NCBI GenBank assembly: GCA_964595645.1
Contig: CAZQQT010000007.1
Location: forward strand, 79,123 to 143,122
Direction: 5' to 3'
Length of the DNA stretch: 64,000 bases
Origin: an uncultured Thermococci archaeon
GTDB taxonomy: Archaea; Methanobacteriota_B; Thermococci; Methanofastidiosales; B48-G16
Of this stretch, positions 20,690 through 31,061 are shown one piece after another. The position numbers and the translations under genes were made by a program. Positions within the stretch are counted from its first letter, which is position 1. Each line of letters begins with the position of its first letter. A model generated the notes under the pieces. It did not search any database and had not been told where the DNA came from. It saw nothing but the letters and a program-made list of their open reading frames with translations.

Positions 20690-21861
20690 TTAGATCTCCG
20701 GTTTCGCTTTATACTTGAACTGTTTCTCGTACAGCTGCTCCGCCCGTTCCAGGGTATCCGCATCCTCCGGTGACTTATCGTACCGAATACTCGTGATCCG
20801 CGCAAACCGGAGCATACCCTGACTCGTACTGCGGACTCTGCTGGATCTCATTAAACGCGACTTCCACCACAAGCTCGGGCCGAACGTAGACCGTGTACGC
20901 ATCTTCATCCCGTTTCAACTCCAGCAACGTCTCCGTGAGCTCCTGGAACTGGGCGTCCGTGGGCCCCTTGAAGGTTTTCCCAGCATATGCCCCTTCCGGG
21001 TGGCGAGATGGTAGTTGCTCAACCAGTTCTTCCTGCGTCCATGGCCCCACTCCGCCGCGATGATGAGGAGATCCAGGGTCTCGGTGGGCTTGATCTTTTT
21101 CCACGTTTTCTCGCGTTTTCCCGGAATATACGGGCTGTCCAGCTCCTTCACCATCACTCCCTCGTGGCCGGCACTGATCGCCTCCTCCAGAAAATGACGA
21201 GTCTCCTCCTTCTCGTCGGTGATAATCCTCTTTACCATGAAGGATCCGGCGAACTCGCTGAGGAATTCCGTCCGTTTTCTATACAGTTCATCGAGGAGCG
21301 TCTCGCCATTCAAATAGAGAAGATCGAAGAGGTAGAGCTTCAGCGGAATCTCCTCGGTAGCCGCCATCACATCATGGATGCGCCGAAACCGTCGGAGGAG
21401 CTCCTGGAAGGGTAACGGTTTTCCGTCTTTCTCCGCGACGACCTCGAGAACGATCCCCTCGCTGGCACCGATTCGCATCTCTCCAAAGATCGTCTTCACG
21501 ATGTGGTCTGCTCCAGCACGGAGGCCTGGCTGAGAAGGCTGGCCACAATCTGCTCCTTCCGTTTCCGCTGCGAGGTGCGCGCGATCTTGCGGAAGTACTC
21601 GGACACATCCGTGATAGTCAGCTCCTGGTCGATCAGGGTTTCCTGGTGTTTTTCCCGTGCCTTCTGGACCGTGTTCCACGAGACATCCAGTGTCGTGCTC
21701 GACGACTCGGGAAATATCTGGCCGGTGATGAGGAGGACGGCCGGCGCGATCTCATCCTCATTCAACTGCTGCAGAAACGTAGCGAGGTACTGAATTTTCT
21801 CCAGCCGCTTTGTGGTGGACGCCACCCGCTCACAACACGCTGCCAGCGCCCGGAACTTCAT
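20690..21861 (-). pseudogene. lig: ATP-dependent DNA ligase pseudogene
   Basis: Fragments in successive frames (N-domain; PLPFQ...LFDLLY...GHEGVMVK...W.KIK; TFKG.TD; LRFARI..IRYDK); frameshifts near 21500, 20975 and 20810; no KxDG adenylation motif. Confidence 0.9.
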
Positions 21862-22874
21862 GATATCCACCTGTCCAACGACGACGTCCCGTGGAGACGG
21901 CGCATTCTCGTGGTGATCCGCTCGATGCTCGTGTCGGAGAAATCTCTGACCCGGAGGAACGCCACGAGCTCGTCCTCGCAGTACTGCGTGTACTCGAGCG
22001 TGTACTCGTCCGTGACCTTTGGATGTAAGAAAATCTCTTTGATCGCGCTATAGGTGTCCGGAAGGTTTTCGCGGATCTCCGACGGGAGATCCTCCAGATG
22101 TCCATGGGATTTGAGGAGCTTCAGGCCTGTTTTGGGACCGATACCACTGATACCCTGGGTGAAGTCGTTGCCGATGAGAATAGAGAGTTCCACGAGCTGT
22201 TCCCGTGTGATCCCATGGTGATCCAGGAACTGCTGGAGATCGATAACCTCCGGTTCGTACTTCCTGAACCGTCCTGACGACGGAAGGTGCTCCTTCCCCT
22301 GAATGGTTACGTACCGTACCTGGCGGTTCGCCCCGAATAACAGCGTGTCGTAGTCCCGGCTGGCCGCAGCGTAGACATCCTTCGTCATGTACGCCGCCTG
22401 TACCTCCGCCTCCGACGGCGCTTGCACATACGGGATGCCGAGATACGTCAACAGTTGTTTCGCCTCCTCCACCATCTCGTTGGTGAGAGACGAGGTCATG
22501 GTTGATTTTGAGTACGCGGTGGCGTAATCCTCCTTTTCCAGTGCCTCCTTCCACTCCTCCCATGCCTTCTTCTTTACCTCCCGCCGTTTTTCGATCTCCG
22601 CTTGTTTGAGCTGAGGTGGTGTGCCATCGAACACGTAGACCAGCCGGAGATGGTGATCGCTGAGCAGTCGGGTAGCCCTGGAGGCGAGTCCGATCAGATG
22701 AGAAGTGACGTTGCCTCGGCTATCGGTGAGAGATCTCCCGCTGCGTGTCCTGATTAACGCGAGAAACTGGTAGAGCACGTTGTTCGCATCGACCGCAAGT
22801 GTCGTGCCCGAGAGCGCGGAGAGACTCACGACTTTTTTCGTGATAATCGGGGTGAAGTTCACGCCCATACCCAT
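21858..22874 (-). CDS. fen: Flap endonuclease 1
   Basis: AVDANNVLYQFL, VFDG, APSEAE, SRDYD, GNDF, GIGPKT. Confidence 0.95.
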   Translation of the reverse strand: MGMGVNFTPIITKKVVSLSALSGTTLAVDANNVLYQFLALIRTRSGRSLTDSRGNVTSHLIGLASRATRLLSDHHLRLVYVFDGTPPQLKQAEIEKRREVKKKAWEEWKEALEKEDYATAYSKSTMTSSLTNEMVEEAKQLLTYLGIPYVQAPSEAEVQAAYMTKDVYAAASRDYDTLLFGANRQVRYVTIQGKEHLPSSGRFRKYEPEVIDLQQFLDHHGITREQLVELSILIGNDFTQGISGIGPKTGLKLLKSHGHLEDLPSEIRENLPDTYSAIKEIFLHPKVTDEYTLEYTQYCEDELVAFLRVRDFSDTSIERITTRMRRLHGTSSLDRWIS

Positions 22875-22898
22875 AAGAGGGAACGAAAGTATAAAAGT

Positions 22899-24041
22899 TT
22901 ACTCAAAAAGGTACGCGTACTCGTTGAACAGCGGATCGTCCATGAACGCTTTCTCCGCCTCCTGGAGACTCATGGGGAGTGAGGTCACGCCGTTTTTTTC
23001 CCGTGCAGCCTCATCGTACTCGTAAACGTTATCTTTCACAGGATTGGGAAGCGTGCCATCGCCGGAGAGCCCTGCCTTCAACAGGAAGAAAAAGGCGAGA
23101 TAGGGGTTGCATGTCGGATCGGGAGAACGTATTTCTATTCGTCCTGAAGGCGGCACACGGATCAGCGCAGAACGGTTGGAGTGTCCCCAGCAGACGTACT
23201 TCGGTGCTTCCTGCTCACCGAACCGCTTGTAGGAGTTCTTCACCGGGTTCGTCACGCGGGTTAACCCCCGGATATGGTAGAGCTGTCCCGCGATAAACCG
23301 TTTCCCACGATCCGTCAGTTTACCGTTATAGAAAAGGTTCTTTCCATTCTTTCGCAGTTCTTGGTGAACGTGCATCCCGGAGCCGGCCTCATTTTCAAAC
23401 GGTTTTGGGAGGAACGATACTTCGACACCGTACTGCGTACAGAGCCGCTTTAATGTTTCTCTACAGAAAAGAATGCTATCTGCCACGCGCAACGCAGCGG
23501 TAGGAAGAAACTCCAGCTCGTACTGGCCTCTTCCGTTCTCATGGTGAAACTTCTCCACAGAAATTCCTTCTCTCTCCAGAACCACAACGAGATCGTCGAG
23601 GATTCGGTGGCCGAGCGTATCGGCAGTGGTGAGGTACGAGTCTTCATCTATCGGGTCTCCTCCTTGTGTCAGGAAAAACTCCAGCTCCGGTTTGAGGGTA
23701 TACGCCGCGTCCTCTTCAGCTAACGCTGTCTTCAGCAGTGAACGTGTGCACTTCTTGTACGGTTTTCCGTCGGGATGGACGATATCACACATAAGCCATC
23801 CCTCTGTTCTCTCTCCATTCACTATTTTTAAAGAGGCGAGATCCGGTTTGAGCCGCATATCGCTTCGGAAAATGCTGCCGAATCGGGGAATGGATGAACT
23901 GTCAAATCCAATGCCCTCCTCCCTCGCTTTCTCAAACACGGACGGCGTGATGGAAAGTGTGTAGATCCTCCCGGGTACATCGACAAATTTCAACCGGATA
24001 ATCGCAATTTCCTGTACGACATCCTCTATCTCATGATTCAT
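22899..24041 (-). CDS. glnA: Glutamine synthetase type I-like protein (short form)
   Basis: FDSSSI, PELEFF, HHENGRGQYE, GSGMHVH, NRSALIRVP, RIEIRSPD. Confidence 0.85.
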   Translation of the reverse strand: MNHEIEDVVQEIAIIRLKFVDVPGRIYTLSITPSVFEKAREEGIGFDSSSIPRFGSIFRSDMRLKPDLASLKIVNGERTEGWLMCDIVHPDGKPYKKCTRSLLKTALAEEDAAYTLKPELEFFLTQGGDPIDEDSYLTTADTLGHRILDDLVVVLEREGISVEKFHHENGRGQYELEFLPTAALRVADSILFCRETLKRLCTQYGVEVSFLPKPFENEAGSGMHVHQELRKNGKNLFYNGKLTDRGKRFIAGQLYHIRGLTRVTNPVKNSYKRFGEQEAPKYVCWGHSNRSALIRVPPSGRIEIRSPDPTCNPYLAFFFLLKAGLSGDGTLPNPVKDNVYEYDEAAREKNGVTSLPMSLQEAEKAFMDDPLFNEYAYLFE

Positions 24042-24371
24042 GTAATTTATTAGGAGGAAATCTATAAAAAACTTACGAAATAGGTTTTATAAACATTTGG
24101 AGAACTTCAATACGAAAAATGTAGATTTTGTTTATCTTTTATCCAATTTTTTGTGATAGTATGTACCTAACTTAGCAAGAAAAGAACATGTGTGAAAAAC
24201 ACCGAGAGTGTCTTGATCACTTTTGCGAAAGGGAAAATGTTTTAGTAAAAAGGCGAAAATATAAGCTTATTTGTGTAAAAAAGCTTATAAATAGGCTTAT
24301 ATCAGTAATAGTAGTGATAAAAATGAGAAAAGAAGAAATAACAAAAATCAAAAAATTACGAGGTGAGAACC

Positions 24372-24431
24372 ATGGAAGGATTTGAGCTTGTGTACATACT
24401 GGAACACGAGATGAGACAGAAGAAGAAATAA
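24372..24431 (+). CDS. Putative 19-aa microprotein MEGFELVYILEHEMRQKKK
   Basis: GAGGTGA SD 5 nt upstream, TATA-like element near 24286, T-rich tract directly after the stop. Confidence 0.4.
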   Translation: MEGFELVYILEHEMRQKKK

Positions 24432-24628
24432 TTATTTTTTTCTCTTTTTTTCTGATCACATTTTTACATCCGCTATCCTGTGATCGTTTGCCCATCACCT
24501 TATGTCATCTTCCGTGTACCTCTATCCTGGTATGATGGACGATCGATGGAGAAGGAAAACCATCTGACATTCATATACTCCCTCACTTCAGCGATAAAGT
24601 TTTAAATGCTACCATATACGGAATTGTA

Positions 24629-25579
24629 ATGAATAAAAGAGAAAAGAAACCAAGTTTTTGGGAGATGGTACGGTTACCCTTCCTATTCGCTATAATAGTT
24701 CCTCTAATCTCTGGTACTGTAGTTTCAATTTCTATCTCTGGTTCTTTTAACTTTTTTGGATTTGCACTTGTATCTATTATTGGAATCAGTCTCCACATCA
24801 CAACGAACGTGTACAACGATATATACGATACAAAACAGGGGGCAGACAATGAAAAATCGAAGAAGAGTGAATTTAGTGGTGGATCGGGGATACTCGTTGA
24901 ACATCCAGATCTCCTTCCACAGATGTATACGATCGCCAGAAGTGGAATCGTCGTGGGACTGATATGCACCTTCTTACTCATGTTCTTTATCGATCCGCAT
25001 CTATGGGTCCCTCTCTGGGCAATCATCGGTATCTCAGTGTTTTTTAGTAAATATTACACGGCTGAACCCATCAAGTTCGCGTATCGAGGAGTGGGTGAGA
25101 TCGTCGTATGGATCGGTTTCGGTCCTCTCGCTGTATTACTCGCTGGGCTCGGCCAAAATATAGGTTTTCATCCCACCTTGGTATCCATCTCCCCTATCAC
25201 CGGGTTTGCCACTCTTTTCATCGTGTGGATGGGTGAGATGGTCGATCTCCCGACGGACATTGAGGGGGGGAAGCGAGGGTTGGTGGTCCGGCTGGGATTT
25301 AAAAAGTCGAGGTACGGCTTGATTGCAGTCCATATACTCGCTCTAACCAATAGTGCGCTTGTAGCATTTCTCATTTTTAACCCGGGCTGGCCTCTCTTGA
25401 TCACCCTCGTTCCCTATGCTGTATTTTGGCCAAAGATATGGTCTGGGATGAAAGGGATGAATAGATACGAGGAAAAAATAAAAAATATCTCTAAACTGAA
25501 TTTTGGATTGTATGCTTCATTTTCTTTTTTTCTAATGGGTGGATATGGAATTGATCTGTTGTTAAAAACATATTTTTAG
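24629..25579 (+). CDS. menA: UbiA-family prenyltransferase, MenA-like
   Basis: NVYNDIYDTKQGAD, SGGSG, YTAEP...YRGVGE, D.PTD..GGKR. Confidence 0.8.
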   Translation: MNKREKKPSFWEMVRLPFLFAIIVPLISGTVVSISISGSFNFFGFALVSIIGISLHITTNVYNDIYDTKQGADNEKSKKSEFSGGSGILVEHPDLLPQMYTIARSGIVVGLICTFLLMFFIDPHLWVPLWAIIGISVFFSKYYTAEPIKFAYRGVGEIVVWIGFGPLAVLLAGLGQNIGFHPTLVSISPITGFATLFIVWMGEMVDLPTDIEGGKRGLVVRLGFKKSRYGLIAVHILALTNSALVAFLIFNPGWPLLITLVPYAVFWPKIWSGMKGMNRYEEKIKNISKLNFGLYASFSFFLMGGYGIDLLLKTYF

Positions 25580-25580
25580 A

Positions 25581-26612
25581 TCATAATCTCAAAAGTGCTC
25601 CTTTTTCCAATAGGTATTTGATTAAGGCAGGAATTGGACCGGGTATGCCCACAGGACTGAAGGAGATCAACCCGTTGATATCACCGAGACTTATCACCAA
25701 GGGTGTCTTCAATTTCCTATACGTCCTTAAGGATCGGCCTTCTCGGCTCCTTACAATATTTTCCGATATTATTCGAGAATGGGAATCTGCATTATGTCCT
25801 GTTTTCTCTTCGTCTATGTCGGTTATATCGCCACCGGCAAAAATGGTAGAATAACCTTTCACTTGGAGGTGTTTGTTGACCTTTAACGATCCATTTTCAG
25901 CGAACGATGACTCATCAAACCTTTGAAATATCCCCGTGTCGTAGCCCAGCCCAGCACTCCATATGCATACATTCGCATCGATCTCTCTGCCGTTATCAGT
26001 TTCAAATTTACCGTGTTCACGATCGATGACCTTCTCACCAAATATCAGTTTAACGCCGTTCTTCCTGAGATATCTCTCTGCAAAGAAAGAAGCCATCGGG
26101 GGATTCCTCTCGATCAGTCTCTTGTGGGAATGAACCAACACTATCTTTTTATCAGTCTTCGATGCCAGTTCCGCAGCAGCTTCAGTGCCTATCAGGCCGC
26201 CACCCACTATCAGTATAGTATCTGCCTTTTTGACCCTTCTTGACAGCTTTTTTACGTCTTTTCCTGAGTTGAGTGTGAAAACATCGCGCGTATCATCCAG
26301 ATAGATCGGGTATCGAGCGCCCAACGCTACCACTAAGATATCGAACTCTGATCTCCTTTCGTCCGTAGAAAAGTATTCCGGAGTGATCGTGACCACTCTC
26401 TCGCTGATGATCTCAGCGTTATCTAAAAATTGAGAATAGCGTTTGATAATCTTTTCGTGATACTCAGGATCGGTAATTAATTTAGGTAAAGAGGGGTAGT
26501 ACTCGAAATACTCCTTTTCATCAATCAGAAACACCTCGAGATCCTTCTTCCGATCCAGTCTTTTTGCGACCATCGACCCGCAGAACCCTCCTCCTAGGAT
26601 CGCTACTTTCAT
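25581..26612 (-). CDS. FAD-dependent NAD(P)H oxidoreductase (NDH-2/AIF-like)
   Basis: GGGFCG, IVGGGLIGTEAAAE, IFAGGD. Confidence 0.88.
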   Translation of the reverse strand: MKVAILGGGFCGSMVAKRLDRKKDLEVFLIDEKEYFEYYPSLPKLITDPEYHEKIIKRYSQFLDNAEIISERVVTITPEYFSTDERRSEFDILVVALGARYPIYLDDTRDVFTLNSGKDVKKLSRRVKKADTILIVGGGLIGTEAAAELASKTDKKIVLVHSHKRLIERNPPMASFFAERYLRKNGVKLIFGEKVIDREHGKFETDNGREIDANVCIWSAGLGYDTGIFQRFDESSFAENGSLKVNKHLQVKGYSTIFAGGDITDIDEEKTGHNADSHSRIISENIVRSREGRSLRTYRKLKTPLVISLGDINGLISFSPVGIPGPIPALIKYLLEKGALLRL

Positions 26613-26836
26613 ATTTGTATAGAATTTTAGATAGATAAATAGTTTATGTTTGTTTTTTATCCAGATAGAACGATGGAAAAGATACTTCGGATGTCCTCCC
26701 CATCCTGCTCTTTATTTTAAAATTTCTTACAGAAATTATCGTTGCAATATTTTATCTTTTATATAAACCGAGAATAGAAATAAATTAAAAAAACATTTTT
26801 CTATACCAACTGAGAAAGTATGAAGAGGAGTAACAA

Positions 26837-27475
26837 ATGCTGAATGCTGTAGTAGAAACCTTGAAAGAGGGTATAGACCTAGAAAATCTTCGAATCCACG
26901 GAAAAAGCTTTAAAAAGGGGAGAATGGCGCACCACGAGTATTTTTTTCTCACTGTTGAGACGGACGAGGAAAGTAAACGGTTGATGCGTGTGAGTCTGTA
27001 CCACGGAGACCCTCCTCATTACCATCCCTGGATAGAACTCTTTGGTATCACCCCCGAGCTCACCATCGGTGATAAGAAGATTGATTTTTTCGATTCGGAA
27101 CTCGAGGACGCGATTCTAGATCTCTTCTCTCGTCCACTCGGGAAGGGAGGAAGAATTTTCATCGAGTACTACGATGATCCGGAAACGAGAAACATGTTAT
27201 CCGTTGGTGTTCCGAAAAGCTGTACCCGACTCGGATTCAAACTTTTTGAGCGAGGGGTTACCTGGTTTAAGGATTGGTACTTTGCTGAAGGGTTCCGTGA
27301 AGGGGGACAGAAACTGCAGGCTGAAAAACCCATAGATAAAGAACACAGGAAAAAACATCTGCGATCGATCAAACGTAACGCGATGGACTTCCTAAAAAGA
27401 AAAGAAGAAAACAAAGATAAATTTAATAAAAGAGCAAGATCACTAATAAACCAGCTAGACGTGGATGGTGAGTAG
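26837..27475 (+). CDS. DUF1122-family protein
   Basis: PWIEL, FIEY..D.ET, TRLG..L...G.TWFKDWYFAEGFREGGQKLQAEK. Confidence 0.85.
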   Translation: MLNAVVETLKEGIDLENLRIHGKSFKKGRMAHHEYFFLTVETDEESKRLMRVSLYHGDPPHYHPWIELFGITPELTIGDKKIDFFDSELEDAILDLFSRPLGKGGRIFIEYYDDPETRNMLSVGVPKSCTRLGFKLFERGVTWFKDWYFAEGFREGGQKLQAEKPIDKEHRKKHLRSIKRNAMDFLKRKEENKDKFNKRARSLINQLDVDGE

Positions 27476-27560
27476 ATGAACCAAGCGTGATAACTCGCAA
27501 CTCTCATCGCCATGCGAAGATACCGATCAAACAAAGGTTATTAACCATTAAAATCAATGA

Positions 27561-27902
27561 GTGTATATGGAAAAACGACGGGTGACTATTTCGATTCTCA
27601 CCGGCGCAGTACTCGGCGTATTGTGCATTATCGGCGTAGGTACGAGGATCGGGTTCGAGGAGAACGAACTCTTCCTGTTCGCCATGTGGTACAACAGAGT
27701 GCTCATGGGGCTGGTGGTTGGGTTCGCCGGCGATATCACGATCATCGATGCTGATACGAACTGTATTGTTCGGGGACTGCTACTCGGTCTACTGGTCACA
27801 TCGGCGATAACACTCACCAGCGGTTTCATGGATTGGCCCAGTTTTTTCGCCGGTATCGCGTACGGTGTCATCATCGATGGAGTGGCAACGAAGTGGGGAT
27901 AA
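27561..27902 (+). CDS. Small membrane protein
   Basis: Four hydrophobic segments; MWYNRVLMG motif. Confidence 0.7.
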   Translation: MYMEKRRVTISILTGAVLGVLCIIGVGTRIGFEENELFLFAMWYNRVLMGLVVGFAGDITIIDADTNCIVRGLLLGLLVTSAITLTSGFMDWPSFFAGIAYGVIIDGVATKWG

Positions 27903-28038
27903 CAGGACTACGATCGTTATCTTGTAGTATGTTCTATTATAAACTACCTCCGTAAGTCTGTATCCTTTTTCAGAATGCAAAATATTAATTGTCAATTTGA
28001 AATGCATTTTTGTAGTTTAAAAGTCTCTAGAAAAGAGT

Positions 28039-29397
28039 TTATAGGCTATTTATCTTGTCCACGTAGACATCTGCATCAAATTTTCGCTTCAGTCCGCTCG
28101 CGCTCATATACCGCACCTTCCCATATATCGGTCGCTCCTTCCACGCCCGATCATGCTTCCCAAAACACCACGCGACACCGGCATACCCATTCGGATCCCG
28201 TCCATCGAGCTCGTACGTATCGTTGAGTGTGACAGCTATCCGGTACGCCTCCTTCGGCGTCTCTGCCCACTCGAGAATCTTCTTGCCCCAGTACATCCGC
28301 ATGTAGCTATGCATCTTTCCCGTTTTCACCATCTCCATCTGGGCGGCATTCCAGTACGGATCATGTGTCTCTGCACGGTCGAGCTGCTCGCATGTGTACG
28401 TGTACTCTCGTGGATCCTTTTCATGTGCCATGAGCGTCTCTCTCGCCCAGCCGGTGACCGCATCGAACCTATCGTAGTGGTCATTGTAGGAGACGAAGTT
28501 TATCGCAAGCTCCCTCCGGACGATCAGCTGCTCGAGGAAGGCATCCTGCGCCTCTTTTTCTACTTCCGCGTTCCGCACACTCAGTGCGATCTGAATAGGC
28601 GAGATCTGTCCAAAATGAAGGTAGGGACTGAGATCGGAGATACACGCTGCCGTCGGATCATTACTGCACGTAGGATATTGCTCCAGCCGATCCCTGATGA
28701 ACGTGCGCATTCGCGTTTCCGCGGGGGAATACCCACCGGTAAACTGCGATGATGGACCAACACTCGTATCGATATCGAGATCGTCCAGCAGTTTCTCCGT
28801 GTGCTCAACAGATATCTCAGCGAGATCGTAGTCACGCGAAGATACCTTCACCTTTCGCTGTGGCACCGGCGTCAACAATCGGGGGAGATTGGTGGTGATC
28901 TTCTTTCTGATGGTGTAGGCAGCGTACTCCTCCTTCTCTGATGCCTGCTCAACAGGAACCGCGACATCGGTTTCCACCTGTACTACACGACAGTCCAGAT
29001 GGACGAGTTGCTGCCGCCATGCTCTGAGATGTCGAAGGTAACCGCGGTCCGTGACGACAAGTGCCGCATCCTCGCCGAGATCGGCGGCTCCTTTCCATGG
29101 AACCGTTTTCTCCACAACAAAATGGATTCCTCGTTTCTTCAGTGCGTTCTTCACTTCTTTCAATCCCTCGAGCATGAACATGTAATGTCGGAGATTCGCC
29201 GCAGGGTATCTATCAGTCAGGCCGAAGTAGACGAGTACGGGCAGTCCCATCCCATTGGCTCGCTCAATCGCATACTCCAGTGCATGGTTATAGACCGTTC
29301 GCTGTGCGTGCTGCATCCAGTAGAGCACATACTCCTTCCCAGGCCGCTCATTGTACTCATTTAACTCCTGAATCCTCGCTCTATCGATCTCTCCCAT
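28039..29397 (-). CDS. phrB: Class II CPD DNA photolyase
   Basis: VLYWMQ, SPYLHFGQIS, THDPYWNAAQ, YMRMYWGKKILEW, DGRDPNGY, HDRAW. Confidence 0.96.
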   Translation of the reverse strand: MGEIDRARIQELNEYNERPGKEYVLYWMQHAQRTVYNHALEYAIERANGMGLPVLVYFGLTDRYPAANLRHYMFMLEGLKEVKNALKKRGIHFVVEKTVPWKGAADLGEDAALVVTDRGYLRHLRAWRQQLVHLDCRVVQVETDVAVPVEQASEKEEYAAYTIRKKITTNLPRLLTPVPQRKVKVSSRDYDLAEISVEHTEKLLDDLDIDTSVGPSSQFTGGYSPAETRMRTFIRDRLEQYPTCSNDPTAACISDLSPYLHFGQISPIQIALSVRNAEVEKEAQDAFLEQLIVRRELAINFVSYNDHYDRFDAVTGWARETLMAHEKDPREYTYTCEQLDRAETHDPYWNAAQMEMVKTGKMHSYMRMYWGKKILEWAETPKEAYRIAVTLNDTYELDGRDPNGYAGVAWCFGKHDRAWKERPIYGKVRYMSASGLKRKFDADVYVDKINSL

Positions 29398-29487
29398 GCG
29401 TGTTCCTCAGTATGCTCTTCTCATTGAAAAATAAAAGTGTGTCGTTTGAACCGAAATATATTTTACGCTGGGGAACGAGAGACAGTA

Positions 29488-31059
29488 ATGAAAACGAAAT
29501 ACCTACTCATCATCTCGTTGCTCTTCCTCATTGTCGGCGCCGCTGGGTTACAGTACGTCCCATCTCATATCCCGAGGGACACATACACTGTTCGTACACC
29601 CGACAATGTCACTATTTCTTACACGCTTTACCGACCTGCATCTCTCCCTGCACCAGTAGTGGTCATCGGGCACGGCGTGAGTGTCAACAAGGAGATGATG
29701 GAAGGGTTTGCGGTGGATCTCGCGGCGAACGGATACATCGTGGCAGTCTTAGACTGGCGTGGCCATGGAAGAAGTACCGGCGAGCTCAGGAATCGAGCGG
29801 ATCTCTTAGTGGATCTTGACTCAGTTATCAACGATATTCCATCGCATGTCAATGCCAAGATGGAAGATCTCGTACTCATGGGGTACTCCATGGGCGGATC
29901 TCCCACGTACCAGTACGCATCTACACATAACACAGCGGCGTGGATAGGACTCGGTACCGGAATTCCTGAAGACATTGAAACACCGGACAATACGTTAGTC
30001 GTCATCGGGAAATACGACGAGGCGTTCTCGCCGGAGACAGTGAGAGCATCGATGGGAAGTATAGTCAGAGGGACTATCGAGTACAATACACGCTACGGAT
30101 CCTTCACCGATGGCTCCGCCAGAAAGGTCCATCTCATTGGCACTGCAGATCATCTTATCGTTCCATGGCACCCCAACGCGATTACCAGCGTAACCCGGTG
30201 GGTAGCACGCACATTTGGAGAGGAGAAACCAGCATCAACATTTCTTCCGCGGATGGTACTGCTTGTCCTCGGTACGCTCGGGTTCCTCGGACTCCTCTAC
30301 AGCGTATCCTTTCTCCTCACGAAAATTCTGGGAGTGGAATGGCACAGTGATACTCCTTCTCTCTCGGTATCATCGTTTCTAGGACGGTACTACGAATTCA
30401 CGCTACTATTGGTTCCTTCGATGATTCTGTTCGTCCCGCTTTTCTTCACACCTCTCCCCTTCACCGCGCTTATCACCATGTTCACAGGCGGGTTTGGGGT
30501 AGGTGTGGGTGTATGTACATGGAGAATCCTGAAAAAGAAGGAGCAATCCATACGAACAATCCTTTCACGATCACTCTCGCAGAAAAAAATGTGGCTACTC
30601 TCGCTTGTCATCACCGTTCTTGCACTGGTGAGCGTGTATCTACTCATTGGGCGGCATTTCCTCGGGATGGTTCCCTCAATGCCAAAACTACCGTACCTCC
30701 CACTCTACATACTCGTGCTCTTCGTTGTGTTCCTGTTCTACACACTATTTATCCAAAAAATCGCTCTCCCGATCCTTGTACCGCATACCGGATGGCTCGG
30801 TGCCCCACTCCTCATCTTTCTCCTGATCTACTCGTGGTTTGCGGGTGTCATCCTCGGACTCTGTCTCCTCCAGGGCAGCTTCTTCCTGGTCACGGTATTG
30901 ATCATGATGGCGCCTATCTTCCTCTTCATGAGTTGGTTCAGTGCTGTGATGGAACGCCTCACCGGATCGATACTGCCGTCTACCGTACTTCACGCGGTGC
31001 TGCTCGGAACTATTGTCACCGCAATCACGCCTTTCACGCACACACTGAACTTTTTATGA
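29488..31059 (+). CDS. Alpha/beta hydrolase with a C-terminal multi-TM domain
   Basis: Signal peptide, GHG, DWRGHG, GYSMGG, DH; about 8 TM. Confidence 0.85.
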   Translation: MKTKYLLIISLLFLIVGAAGLQYVPSHIPRDTYTVRTPDNVTISYTLYRPASLPAPVVVIGHGVSVNKEMMEGFAVDLAANGYIVAVLDWRGHGRSTGELRNRADLLVDLDSVINDIPSHVNAKMEDLVLMGYSMGGSPTYQYASTHNTAAWIGLGTGIPEDIETPDNTLVVIGKYDEAFSPETVRASMGSIVRGTIEYNTRYGSFTDGSARKVHLIGTADHLIVPWHPNAITSVTRWVARTFGEEKPASTFLPRMVLLVLGTLGFLGLLYSVSFLLTKILGVEWHSDTPSLSVSSFLGRYYEFTLLLVPSMILFVPLFFTPLPFTALITMFTGGFGVGVGVCTWRILKKKEQSIRTILSRSLSQKKMWLLSLVITVLALVSVYLLIGRHFLGMVPSMPKLPYLPLYILVLFVVFLFYTLFIQKIALPILVPHTGWLGAPLLIFLLIYSWFAGVILGLCLLQGSFFLVTVLIMMAPIFLFMSWFSAVMERLTGSILPSTVLHAVLLGTIVTAITPFTHTLNFL

Positions 31060-31061
31060 TG

